A DNA stretch of 64,000 bases from Eutreptiella sp. 'Long Island Sound 2002' (Eukaryota > Protista > Euglenida): the NCBI GenBank assembly GCA_964036045.1, contig OZ038378.1, positions 175,336,001-175,400,000 on the forward strand. Direction: 5' to 3'. The notes under the pieces were generated by a model. That model did no database searches. It saw only the letters and a list, made by a program, of their open reading frames with translations, and was not told the DNA's origin. Position 1 is the stretch's first letter, and each line of letters starts with the position of its first letter. A program made the translations under genes and the position numbers. Shown piece by piece: positions 1 to 12,988 of this stretch.

Positions 1-2094
1 CAAGCTACACTACTTGCAGGGAGGGTTGGAGAAGATAAGGGACAGGGCAGAGGTTAGACGTTAGAAGTGATAGTCCTGCCTTGCTCAATGAAATCCCTGG
101 CACACACGCACTGTGAGGGCCCGAGGCTGGGCTCCAGTCCGCCCAAATTAAAACAGAACATTGCATCATTGCTCTCATAATTGCAGGCCCAAAAATGCAT
201 TCGTCTTGGTGCCTGCAGGGTGACAGTTTCACCCCAGCAGAAGCAGGAGAAAAGGTTCCTGGAATGGGGAGATTTACCTTCCCGGTTGTCCCAGCGCCAT
301 CTCAGCCCAGAAAATCGACTGGTTCAAAACGCTGACAGCGCTTATGAAAGGCATTGCCCGGACTGCAGGGTATGCGAATGCCGTCTGCCTGCCTTCGGAA
401 GAAGGAGATTGCACGTCGTACCCTGATCGGAAGGCACAAAGCCCAGTGGTGCCTTCCCAATTGTTTGCCCCCTGCTGCAAAAAACCTGGGCTTTCGGGCC
501 ACTGGTGCAGTTGCAGTTACAGGTGCAGTTTGGTCGCTGGCCTTACAAAAAAATTGCCGCAAGGTGGTGCTTGGAAAGGGCGGTGCCCAAAGACGCAGGG
601 ATGGGATTGAGCATGCCAATCAATCTCTAAATGCCCTCGTACTTGTGCAGCAGCGTAGCATGGTGCCACACGGTGGCGAGGCATTTGGGCAAAAGAAAGC
701 TGAGCGAACAGATGCAGATGTTGATATTTCCCACACGTTGCATGGAGAAACCAAAGGGGAGGGTTCAATGCGGTTACCAGAAAATCCAAATACCCATGCC
801 CTCCATGCCCAACTTCACTGGGGATGAGGTTCCGAAAAAAATGCAGATTGGTGACATGCTGCTTTCTTATGTCAAAATCAACTCGGTCAGCATGGAGTAC
901 ATCCAGACTTGCCACTACCGACCCCCATTCCCGCTCACTGGGACCCATCCGTATTTCATGTGCGACTCATTAACATCTTGACCCAAGTACCTCGCAGCAA
1001 CTCTGGGTGCATCTTGTGGGCTGGTGCGTTTCATGCTAGGAAAAATGAAAACAGCAATTTACGGGTAACTTGAAACCGTCTGGCAAGCAAAAAAGCAAAG
1101 CCGAGACAAGGAGCAGCATTTGGTTTTGCCTGTTCCAATTTAGGCAAATGCTTCCTCGGGATTGCCGATTCCTGGCCCGGACATCACTGTTGGTGCCCCA
1201 ACACTCTTCCCGCATCAACGATTTGAGCTGCGGAAATGTCTGGTCTCAAAGAAGACCAGCATTGACAAATGGAGGTTAAATGCTGAGGAGGACGGTTAGC
1301 AGCGGTTATTTCTGGACACAATCCAAACCTGAGCAGAGAAATGGCGTTCTCTGTGCGAACAACACAGTAATTCAAACTGAAGGTTCCTGTCAACGTACTA
1401 GAGTGCCCAGGAATGGATTGGAACGGGAGCAGGTGGCGGTGGCGGCGTTCGTGAAACAGAGGTGTACCAAACGTTGCTGCTGTGTAATCACTCCATATTG
1501 TGACTGTATGGCGCCATTGTGTTGTTACGCTTGACAAGAGGGCATTTCCCGCGAGCATTGTGGTTTCTTCTGCACTCTTCAGGTGTGGTCTGTGACGCAG
1601 TACCGATGTACCAATCCACACACACATTCACTTTGCAGGAGTTGAAAGACATGATCGCCCCCGTGACCTGAGCCTCCCACAACATTCCACATGCAGCCAA
1701 TATCCCTCAACCTCCAGGCCAAGCCCTGTTGTTGTATTTGTCACCAACCCTGCCATCTGTGTTTTCAATCCCTCGGTTAGAAACCTCAGGTGTTGTCCTA
1801 CTACTCCACGAATATAGCATTGGCTAGCCACCACCTGCGAGGCTCAGTTCAGAAGCATAATACCCTATAGCCAGGGTTGGGCATAACAGGCCACATCCTC
1901 CGCCAGGGGTGGGATGCCCAATACTAGCAGTGGCGTGGCTGTGGCTTTAGAATGGCAAGACTCTTCTGAGTTTTGATGTTGCACTGTGCCAAAAGTATCA
2001 GCAGCCTGCTTCCAAACCTTCTGCAAGGTGCACAAACTCGGTGTGCTCTATGCCTACAATAAAATCCTCCAATGTGGAGGGCAACAAGCTCCTG

Positions 2095-2296
2095 CTACCA
2101 CTTTTGTCTGCTGCGGCTGCGGCTGCGGCTGCGGCTGCGGCTGCGGCTGCGGCTGTGGTTGCGGCTGTGACTCCGGCCGCGGCTGAAGCTGCGGCCGAGG
2201 CTGCGGCTGGGGCTGCGGGTTTGACTGCGCTTGCGCTTACGGGGCTGCAAAATGGCTGGGCTCTCGCTACGCCTGCTCTTCTCCTTGTCGGTATCT

Positions 2297-2362
<66 letters not shown>

Positions 2363-4059
2363 ATATCCATATCCATATCTCTGTGTCTATCCCTATCCTT
2401 ATCCCGATCCCTGTCCCTGTCTGTATCTCTTTCCCTATCCCAGTCTCTATCTCTTTCCCTATCCCAGTCTCTGGGGCTATCATCATTATCTTTTTCACCA
2501 ACCACAACGATGCCCTTGTCTCTATCCCTGTCCCGAGCGAAACCTGTGTCTTTGTCCCTGGCTCGTTCCCTGTCCCTATCCATTTGTGCTTCTCTACCCT
2601 TTTCCACATCCCTATCTCTGTCCCTTTCCCTTTCTCGACCCCTATCCTGACCCCTATCCCTTTCCCTATCCCTTTCCCTATCCCTTTCCCTACCTCCCTC
2701 CCTTTCTCTGTCCCTGTCCCGATCTCTGTCCCGGTCTCTTTCTAGATCCCAGTCCCGATCTCGATCCCTGTCCCTGTTCCGGCTCCAATCGACGTCTTTC
2801 TCTCTGCCATTCTCCCTATCCCTTTCCCGATCTCGGCCCTCATCTTCACCTGCAGCAAAATTGCGATCTCGATCCCTGTCCCTTTCGCGACCCCTCTCCT
2901 TGTCCCTGCCCTTATTTTCATCAACAGGAATGTCACGATCTCGATCCCTGTCTCTTGCGCGATCTCTGTCCCGCTCCACTTCATCCACAGCTACATCACG
3001 TTGTCGGTACCGGTCTCTTTCGCGGTCTTTATCCCTTTCCCGGCCCGTATCCTCATCCACCACAACATCGCGTTGTCGGTACCGGTCTCTTTCGCGGTCT
3101 TTATCCCTTTCCCGGCCCGTATCCTCATCCACCACAACATCGCGTTGTCGGTACCGGTCTCTTTCGCGGTCTTTATCCCTTTCCCGGCCCGTATCCTCAT
3201 CCACCACAACATCGCGATCCCGATCTCTGTCTCTTGCACGATCTCGGTCCCGATCTCTGCCCACGTCTTCTTCCACCGCAACATTGCGTGGTCGGTACCG
3301 GTCGCGATCTTTTTCCCTGTCCCTGCCCGCGTCCTCATCCACCACAACATCGCGATCCCGATCTCTGTCTCTTGCGTGATCTCTGTCTCTCTCCCGGCCC
3401 TTATATTCATCCACAGACTCATAATCTCGATCCCGGTGTCTTTCGCGATCTCTGTCCCTATCCCTGTCCCTATCCCTATCCTTGTCGCCAACCTTATCCG
3501 TATCCCTTTCCCTGTCCCTTTCGCCAACCCTATCCCTATCCCTATCCCTATCCCTGTCCCTGTCGCCCACCCTATCCCTATCCCTATCCCTCTCCCTGTC
3601 GCCAACCCTATCCCTATCCCTATCCCTGTCTTTATCCCTTTCCCTGTCTTTATCCCTGTCCCTGTCCCTGTCCGCATCCCTATCCCTGTCCCTGTCCCTA
3701 TCTCTATCCCGACCCCAATCTCTTTCCGTGTCTTTATCCCTATCCCTGTCGCTGTTCCTTTCCCTGTCCCTGTCCCTCTCTCTGTCCAGATCCATGTCTT
3801 GATCCCTGCTCCTACCCTTGTCCACATCCCTGTCCTGATCCCGGTCCCTGTTTCTCCCCCAATCCCTTTCCTTGTCCCGTTCGCGATCTCTGCTCTTCTC
3901 TGTGTCCACATCAGCATCTCGTTCATAATCTCTGCCTCTCCCTCTGTCCCTGTCTGCATTGCTTTCCCTGTCCAAATCCCTTCCCTTTCCCCGATCTGTC
4001 TCCTTCTCCCGCTCCCTTCCTTTCCCCCTGTCGGCGTCTCTATCATCGTCCCTCGCTCG

Positions 4060-4094
<35 letters not shown>

Positions 4095-7000
4095 AATCCC
4101 TGTTGTCTCGACCAGCATCCCATGAATCTCGATTTCTTTCCCCACTGTCTCGAGCTGCCTCCCTTCCTTCCCTTCCATCCCGATCCTTGTCCTTGCCCCA
4201 TTCCCGATCCCGATCCCGATCCCTGTTTCGCCTTGTCCCCCAATCCTGCTGACTGGCACGCTCCTCCCGACTCCTACTGTCCACGCGCGCCGGGGATCTG
4301 CGCGGTGCATCATTCTTGTCTCGGTCAACAGCGCGGTCTCGCTCTCGGTCTCGGTCGCGATCTCGCTCCTTGTCCTGGTCCTGGCCAAACTTCCGGCTCT
4401 CCATTCCGCCAGCGCGCTGCCGGGGGATGAGTTCCAAAACCCCCTTCTCCCCGCCGTCGGTCAGGCGCCGTGGAGACTTGCTGCCCTTTTCATGCCTGCT
4501 GGAGCCCACACTCCGCGTAGGGCTGGCGTGCTCCACACTTACACGCAGGCGCTTGGGCAGCGGACTGCGACCCGACCTGCTGGAGCTGCGGCCTGCGGGG
4601 TCCTGAGCTCTGGGTGCCGGGGATGGGGTCCGCGCCCTCTTCCGTGGGGGGGTGCGGCTGCGGCTGCGGCTGCGGCTGAGCTTGGGCGGGGTCCGGCTCC
4701 GATCCCGACCGGAGGGCCTCATGGGGCTGCGACTCGGCTTACGAGACAGCTGCACTGAATTCCGGCGGGGCGGTGTTGGGCTACGCCGGCGGCGGGGAGG
4801 TGTGCGGCTGCGGTGGCCACGCGGGGGTGTGCTACGGCGCCGGGGTGGTGTGCGGCTGCGGCGTCGGGGCGGCGTGCGGCTGCGGCGTCGCGACGTAGAG
4901 CGGCTGCGCTTGGGGGCACTGCGCCGCCGGGGGCTGCGGCTGAAACGGCCGCGCCGGGGACTGATACGGCCGCGACGATCAGCACCTCCACTCGGGCTAC
5001 GGCCCCGGCTACCACTGGCGCTGCGGTTCCGACTGCGACGGGGGCTGCGGCTGCGGACTGCTGCAGGCTGCGGCATGGAGGTTCTGGTGCTTGCGCGTAA
5101 CGGGGACCCATCGATATTGACGTATTCAGGTTTAGAAGCCCCGGGGGCCGGCTTCGGCTTCTTCACAAACTTGTAAGTGGCCTTCTTGGTGGTCGCTGAA
5201 AGAGGTGAGGTGAAGTGCTGCCCTCGCACCCTCAGTCGGCCCCCAGACCAGCCCTGCGACGGCGCTAGTGACGGGCTAATCCATCGGGTGGTGGCGGCAC
5301 TATCCGACCGGTTCCACCGAGAAAAGGGAAGGACGGAGAGCTGAACTGAAAGGCCGAGATTCCCGGCATTAATGTTCCCGGCATTGCTTTGCATGACATC
5401 ATTGCTTCGTGGAATGGCAATCCCAGACACAACACCTGAACCTCAGGAAAGGTTGGTGGACCAGCGACCGCCGCTGTCGGTCGATGCTGCCCGTCACCCC
5501 ACAACCGCTGTCACCAACAACAGCAACGCCAACGATTGCTGGTCAACCACCAACGACCCTTTCTTGAGGTACCAGCATCACGGAGCCGTTTTTGCTTTTC
5601 ATTCAACACCATCCTGGACGGCCTCCCGGGCTGGCGATTCACGGTTGGCATTCTGCTGGCATTGGTTCACCGTTTGCTGCCACCGGTTACAATCCGTCGC
5701 TTGTCAACTGCCGTCGCAGATCATCTGCGCTCGCTTTCATGACAGAAAAACGACAAAATGGGGCCGCCTGGTAAGCAGCTCAAAAGAATGGCAGAATCTT
5801 TAAAGTGAATCAGCTTGGACGCCAGCAATCACGGTTCTGTAATTGCCGACGGCAGTTCTGGCTGGCAGACGGCAGGTAATGGCCAACCGAAGGAGGTGAT
5901 GGTCAACGAATGACGGTTCAACGCCCAATTTTTGCAAAAGGGCGCCGCGAGAGTGGACACAGAGGGAGGATGCATACCTACTCGCTCGGGCTCAGGGCTG
6001 ACCGTAGGTGCTTGCTCCACTGGAGGCCACTGAGAGGCCGGCTCTGGTGCGGAAAATGGTTCCGGTGCTGGCGGCTCCGCTGCCTTTTTCGGTGCGGACC
6101 GTTCCACCGCCGCCTTTTTAGGTTTAGGCTTTTCAGGTGCCGGTTTCGGTTTCGGCGCTTTAACTGGCTCCGGCACACGCACCGGCTCTGGCTCTGACTT
6201 CGGCTGCGCGGCCGGGGCGGGCGCCGGCGCTGGGTCTGCGGCCTTAGGCATTGCCATCTCTGGCATGTGCGGAGACTGATGGGGCGGCATATACGAATAA
6301 GTGGGCATGGGGGGGGGATACATAGAGGGCATGCTGTAAGGTGGCCAAGCAGGTGGCATTTGGGGCTGCTGCTGAGCGGGCATATGGGGCTGCTGCTGAG
6401 TGGGCATCTGGGGCTGCTGCTGAGTGGGCATCTGGGGCTGCTGCTGAGTGGGCATCTGGAGCTGCTGCTGAGCGGCACTGGCGGCTGCAACATCTTGGTC
6501 ATCGTCTGCAGGCGTCGGAGGCGTCACAGGGCAATCGTCGTCGTCAGCGTCATCGGCAGCAGTCTGAGACGCATCCCCATTGGCAGCCGCTGCCTTCGGC
6601 TCAGCGCCTCCTTCCTTCGTATCCTCGGCCTTCTCGTCTGCCTTCAATTTCGCAGCCTTGGCAGCAATCGCGGCCTTGATAGTCTCCATATCAGGTTGTC
6701 CACTTTGTGGCTTTGGCTGCTCCTCCTGCGGTTGCTGCTGGGACTGTTGGTCCTGCGGGTACTGTGACTGCTGTTGTGCCTATGTAAAGCAAAGAATAGT
6801 TTGCACGACTGCACGACTGTAGTCGCGCACACCTTAACGCACTTTCCTTTAACTTTTCCTTTTAACGCACGGCTTCCATTGCGCCACTGCGGACTGCATT
6901 CAGCATCAGACCCCACCGATTGGCTCTCAACCAAACGTCGGCCCAGAGAACGCAGCGGAACAACACTTCGTCCCTTCTATGAATTGCGAAGCCCCGGGCA

Positions 7001-8643
7001 GTCAACCGTTTCCATATGGGAAGCCCCTCCGCATCCTGAGGCAACATACGTTGGCTCCTGCGTGGTACGCCGCCATCTGCTGGTAATACTGTTGCCACTG
7101 GGCCCACGCAGCAGCAGGGTCCACTCCTTGCCATTGCTGCTGGTACCAGTCCTGCTGCGCCTGGCTGCCATCGTATCCTCGATCCTGCGAATGGTATCCC
7201 CGGTCTCCGTGGCCCCTGTCTCCCCTGTCGTCGTCGTTCCTCTCAGCAGGCGGCTTGATATCTCCCTCGCGTTGGGGCTGGTCATACAACTCAGAGCGCA
7301 TGGAGTAGCATACATTCATGACCACCCCGGAATGCTGATAATTGCCCCGGTCATCGCATGCCTCGACCCATGCTCTGTCGAAAACGCGAGTAAGACATAC
7401 ACGAACCTACACGACACAGCATGCAGATCAGCAACAGCAACATCAAAGGTGACGATGGGTGTCCACAACAATGACCAATAGACAACACTATCGGCAGCGT
7501 TTATCTTTGCATCAGCCACGCAAAACCGTGGACTCATGCTTCCGTGAGAATGCTTCCCCTGCCGGAGGCTGCCAGTCCCAAGCCAGTCCACTATTTGCCG
7601 AAACCCAGGGCTGTCCTTCACGGGAAAAAAAAGACTGCCAACAGAAACGAACGTTCACGGGGACGCTCTCTGCTTTATGGTCATGGGACTTCCTCTACTT
7701 CAAAGGTTGGCGGTTGGCGGTTGGCGGTCCCTGGGGGCTGTCCTGAGGGGCTGTCCTTAACAAAAAAAAAATCTGGCTTCTTAAGGACAGCCCTGCGCAC
7801 ACAGACCCCCGGGACCCCGGACTGGCACGTCAGGTGCTGTGTCCCTCGGGTTGAGGTGCAACGGGTCCGACAATGCCCCAGCTGGCAACCCCAGGACTTT
7901 CCTTGCGCAGAAAAAAACCTGTGGCTACTACCATGAAAGAGCGCGTGGTCTTTGTAAGAGACGGGAGAGAGCAATGGAATCATGTCTCAGGCAGACAAAC
8001 AACAACGCCCACATCCGACTCCGCCATCAAATCCGGCGGCCACCGGCATCCGGCGACCAGCAGCAAATCTGGGCCGTTCCAGCGGAAGCGTTTTGAGAGG
8101 AAGCATCACCCTGTTTGGGCCGCCAACCACCGGTCCCAGGCTTTGTCTGCGGAAAAAAGATAAATAGAATCCTGCACCTGACCAGTCCTGACGCAGCTTT
8201 CCAGACTTGCAGAAAGGGTTTCACCTGGCGTGTTCCAATGTTGGAAGCTGGACCAGCGCGGAGGGTCGGTCCTCCCGCTTCCACATCACCAGTCTTTGGA
8301 TTCCCCCGAAAGGAGCGGCGGCAGCGTGGATCACCGACTGGTCGAGGCTGGTCTCGTGTGGGCACTTGATGAGGAGCACTTTACTCGGGGGGTTGCGCTG
8401 GTACGCTCGGCTCGGGCGCTTGTGCGGGTTATGCTGCGGCGCGGGGGCTTGCTGGTGGGGGGCCATGGGCCAAGGAGGATAACCGTGAGAACCATCGGGT
8501 GCGGGGCCATACGGCATGGGCCACCCATGGGGGGCTGTAGGCTGATGCCACTGGTCAGGGGGTGGGGCCCAGTGGCGATGGTCGGGGCCCCATGGGTGCG
8601 GGGGAGGTGGTCCCCAGCGGGGGTCACCTTGCCAATGCTCCAT
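2095..8643 (-). CDS. RRM-containing (hnRNP L/PTB-like RRM) protein with Gln/Pro-rich linker and very long RS and RD/RE mixed-charge tail; 4 exons, about 1548 aa
   Basis: GT-AG exons 8643-8225, 7374-7050, 6779-5978 and 5195-2095 join in frame (4647 nt). Exons 1 and 2 reconstitute one RRM (KVLLIK...[11 protein letters not shown]...SALVQL..LEHAR|AWVEAC...VVMNVCYS). Exon 4 carries [13 protein letters not shown] repeats and hundreds of RD/RE dipeptides. The exon 4 acceptor could alternatively lie near 5435. Confidence 0.75.
2280..4230 (-). repeat. Coding low-complexity repeat (RD/RE hexamers), including 3 near-exact 72-bp tandem units at 3001-3216
   Basis: (CCCTGT/CCCTAT)n arrays on the plus strand; the 72-bp unit encodes [24 protein letters not shown]-type 24-mers. 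Confidence 0.9.
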
Positions 8644-9182
8644 TCCTTAGACAAACAGGCTACAGAATCTCAGAATACAAAAAGAACAACAACCAATGGC
8701 CTGGAAAACAAGCATGGCAGCATGTATGAGCACAGCACATCCTTCACGCCGCCGTTTCGGTTGCAACCGCTCAGGTCAAGTCGAGTCATCCCTCATTGGT
8801 GCTGCGACGAATTCTGCTGTCAAACAGGCTGCGGAATTGCTGGACTGTCCTTCCTTATAACGGGCTAACAAAACGCTGGACTCCAGCGTCTTTGAACGCC
8901 AACACGCCGGAACAATGTTCTGCACTCATGTCATACAATGGAACGAAAGCATATTGATGATTGGCTCATGAGCTCCGTGTTCACAGGCCCTCACTCCCAA
9001 ACTGTAAGAGCTGTGAACAGGCCCCCAAGCTCAAACTGCAAGAGCAGGTTTTGAAGGAGGCGATAATGTCACTAGCTTGCCATCCAAGATAAACTCAAAA
9101 CTGCCTTTTCATCGATAACATATGGATTCGGGACTCCCCCCCTTAATCCCCCCAAAAAATTCCGTCTAAGAACCATTGCTCG

Positions 9183-9330
9183 GCACTCTGAGCGTGGCCC
9201 CGGATCAATTTTCTTTCTGCACAAGCGTGACGATACTTGAATGTTCCCTGCAGCGGTGTGTGTGTGGAGGCTCTGAGTGAGCGTGCCCTGCTCACTCAAT
9301 CTTTTTCACTCGCGCACTGCGAGCGCACCA
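9183..9330 (+). pseudogene. Degenerate hAT-transposase C-terminal dimerisation-like motif
   Basis: Frame reads *AWPRINFLSAQA*RYLNVPCSGVCVE[ALSERALLTQ]SFSLA, resembling hAT WPxLxxLAxxYLxxPASSxxxERxFS; in-frame stops present. Confidence 0.3.
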
Positions 9331-10729
9331 ACACAGAAGCGCCCACCGGCACACTGTTTCACCGGACTGCACATCAGATTGGAGGATGTAGGGACAGGTC
9401 AAGGTCCCTGCGAGGGGATTTCGGCTTCATCGACCCATTAAAAACGAAACCCCACGCGGATGAGAGGCTGTAGTTTGTAGGGAACGGGCATATTGAGACA
9501 AAATACCTGGAGTATGCGTGAAGTGAAGGCCTTTCACCAGGATCGGGCTTAAGGACCATATTGGCTTTAGATGTGGCCTGATTCCTTGCCCAATCGCGCT
9601 TTAGGAAGCTTGGACGACCAGGTACCTCAGGAAAGAATTTCAACATGATCGGGACGGTGGGTTCATTGATTCGGTCCTCTGCTGCAGAGCGTGTGGTCGA
9701 CGCAAACGGAGCCTCCAAGTCTGAAGGCACCACCTGAGATTCGAGAAAGAGTCTCATTCGAGCATGGACTGTGTGACTGACAGGTGAGTAGTATCCCAGC
9801 CCAGGAGTATTGCAAGAAAATACCTCAAGGTCGTTGCAAACTCCCCGACCACCCCCGGGTATTGCCCTTAACTTGCGCACAGAAGATGGTGTGGGGAGTC
9901 GACTGGATAACGTGCTTCTATCGGTTCCGCGAGTACTCGGAATACTGGCTGCACACACACTGCCGATGCTTGGCGTGGGCGAGGAACTTTGACTCATGAG
10001 GACTGTTGAAAAGGAGTGCCGTTGCAGTTGGGGGCAGTTATAGAAATAATGCTATAATACCCCTGGGAGCAATCAGGTTCCACAACTATTCTCAACAGAA
10101 ACAGGATCCAGAAACATGCAACACAACAGATTCAACACGACCGTGCCTTTCGTTTGGATCCAAGAACAAGGCAGACTACCAACTACTAGTGTGCATATTC
10201 TGGTCGTATTTCGTGCAGTTATTTCAACCAAGATGATATCTGGACCAATACGCGAGACCAAAGGTAAAATGCCGGCTCAGGTCCCTGCCAGTGACCCGGC
10301 ACCAGTGACACGATTCGAGAAGGTTGCAAACATCGATTTGGGACGGTCAGTCTCCCCAGTCTCGCGCGACTAATGAAATTGTGCAGGCGACACCGAAGTT
10401 TTCCCTCGAAGAATACTTTTTCGAAATATTGCGATTTCGAGTTTTTTTTCATAATGAACAAATGAATGAAACAAATTTCCATGTTCCTGTGTTTGAATTC
10501 GATAATTGTGATTCGACCTTCGAGATACGATTGTGCCCCCTAGTATTTACTGTAAAAATAAAGTTAAATCAGTAACAGTAATCCGGACCCCCCCCGAAAT
10601 CATTAAAATTCAGTAAACTAACCTAAGTAATGGGCGTCCGCGGCCATTAAAACTTCAGTAATCGTAATTCAGTAACGGCGACAGAATAGCGACATTTGGC
10701 GCACCGGCACCGAACGGAACTGAAGGTAT

Positions 10730-11164
10730 GTGTTTGCGCAACAAGAAAACAATTTTTTTTTCGACGAGAATTTACGATACTGGGATCATTCCGACGAGCA
10801 AAGGGAGGGGAAGTTGTTTGCTGTGAAAGGTGGAAAGAGCAAGGATTCTGCAGTTGATGGTGTCCTTACCCAGACAGTTCTTAACCCTGCTCGTGCGCGC
10901 AAGGCCTCTCACTCTCAGGATAATGATGTTTATGATGATGATGAGTCTGATGCGTCTCAGGAGTCGACAGAGGATGAGAATGACCCCATATATGATGACA
11001 TGTTAAGAGAGTTGGAGGTGGTTGAAGAGGAAGAGGAAGTTGATCGAGATGAGGAGGGTGAGGATGACACTCATCTCCCGGATCAGCTGGCTGAATGCTT
11101 CCATATCAATACCTACACCACTCGTGGAGGGCGGCAGACAAAGGTCCCGGTTAAGTACACTTAG
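10730..11164 (+). other. Acidic ORF fragment, probably a transposon-protein C-terminal relic
   Basis: D/E-rich ORF ending TRGGRQTKVPVKY, a basic tail of the kind seen at transposase/integrase ends. Flanked by AT-rich tracts with repeated CAGTAA (10565-10680) and AAGTAA (11265-11340) motifs. No ATG start. Confidence 0.25.
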
Positions 11165-12957
11165 CACTCTTCGGAACATCGATTCGGCAATCAGACGGGA
11201 CGATGTTTTGTTGTGCTCGTGGCTTTCTGCTTGTATGAGTCACATTAAGTAAGGGACAAGCAGAAACATTAAAAAATAAGTAAGAAGTAAGGACGCCTCG
11301 GGATGAATTAAAAAAAAAAAGTAATAAGTATTAAGTAAAGCCTTTCGGGAAACCATTAATATACTGCTTTAACTTTATTTTTATAGTAGAAATCGAACAA
11401 AAACTCTTCTCGACGGACGAATGCTTGCGGCGCATTATCCTACATTCGTTGCCAACGTTGGGCCATGGTAGACCAATTGTATGCCCATGGGGATCCTCCA
11501 TGTTTGGTGGCGGTGAAATGTGCACGTAGCTCTTGCGATGAACCGTCGGATTTTCCGAGCCTCCCGGACCAGGTTGGGGAAGGGGATTGGTACGTGCAAT
11601 AGCTATGAAATGTTGTTTCTATCTAACCTCATGGTCGAACCGCGGAGCCAATTGTCTGTAGACCATACATGAGCTGTGGTGTAAAGGATACCTGAAGTCC
11701 TTGTGGGCGGGGTCGTTCAAACAAACACTCCTCAGCAATGGGTTTCCGGATGCACACGTCTTGGAATCACACCAATGGACCTAGGGCTAACCGAAACGGG
11801 ACGAAGGCAGGGGGCACCAACAGTGGTTGGCAGCCCCCTATGTCGAACGAAGGTAGCATGCATCACACATGGCCACATGCACCCACTAGCACATTGCAGA
11901 AAATGCACACGGAACACGGTAGCAATGTAGACAACGCCATCTTCTGCAGCTTTGGCGTAATGTGTCCTGAATAAGCCTTGCTGCTCCGCCGTGCATTCAA
12001 CCTATGAGTCCACAGCACGCTTCGCGAACAGCATTTGGGATTTCGGGTGAATTTTAGTCTAGACCTCCTCAATTAGCGTAGTCCGTGAGAAATGCATCCA
12101 AAGCATCATACATTTTATATTGATATTGTACCAACTCTAGTACTAACTCAAATGAATGGACGAATCCACGGACCAATTTCTGAATTTTTCAATTAAAAAT
12201 GGGTTAACAGCCCGTTTTTTTTTGGTAAAAAAACGGGTTAATAGCCCGTTTTCCTTATAAAAATACAATCACAATAACTTGTGGCCTATTCACTGATAGC
12301 AAAAATTAACCATCAAGATTGGACTTCTTGTTTTTTTAGACAAAGGTAGTGCAACCGTGTTGGGGTTTTCAGTTTTATTGAATTGCCACGTGAGTCACGG
12401 TCTCCAAGGGTCGAGGAGGCAGGAAACTTTTTTGTTTGGCCCGGTAGCTTGGCGTACTCAACGTTTTTAAAATATTTTTGGGTGGGACACCCGACGCGAG
12501 CACGGCGCATGTTCGTTGAGTTAAGGGATACATATTGTGGGCCTTGCAACACATGTGCAAAGGTTTTGGCCCCTTGGCTTGAAAATGGACTGATCTCATT
12601 TTCTTTAAGTGTTTCTTTTTCATGGCGCTGGTTCTTTTGGTCCCATATGAAGTGGAGGACCAACACTATGGGGCTGGCACGGCCCAAAGGGAATTAGCCC
12701 TGCCACCACAAACCAACCCTTTTTACATGTTTTGTATTCCTCAAGCCTGTTCCTTTTCCTATGGGCTCTCTTGTGGGCGTCATGATGGTTTTTTATTGTA
12801 ATTATTGTTTGTCATGTTGATTCTTGTCCGTACGTTTTTTTTTCTGTGACACTTAGTGTGTGGCTTCGTTCTTTGCATCCATCACCCTCGCTTGCGTTGC
12901 CGCCTCAAGAGTGCCCACAAGATGTTGTGTATGGTCAAACGGCAACAAGCTACATGA

Positions 12958-12988
<31 letters not shown>
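12958..12988. repeat. (GT)n microsatellite
   Basis: Direct reading of the sequence. Confidence 0.9.

Noticed and set aside
517-1020. Minus-strand ARYLG and PSEVGHGGHG strings resembling non-LTR RT thumb motifs
   Set aside because: They lie in different frames, no YxDD or other RT motif is nearby, and the similarity is too weak to call.
2041-4430. Long ORFs in the other five frames (614, 465, 374, 234 aa etc.)
   Set aside because: Shadow frames of the stop-free RD/RE hexamer repeat; only the RS/RD frame joins the upstream exons.
10740-10770. TTTTTTTTCG resembling the 3' end of the euglenid spliced leader
   Set aside because: The upstream bases do not match the SL exon and no GT donor or 5S linkage is present.
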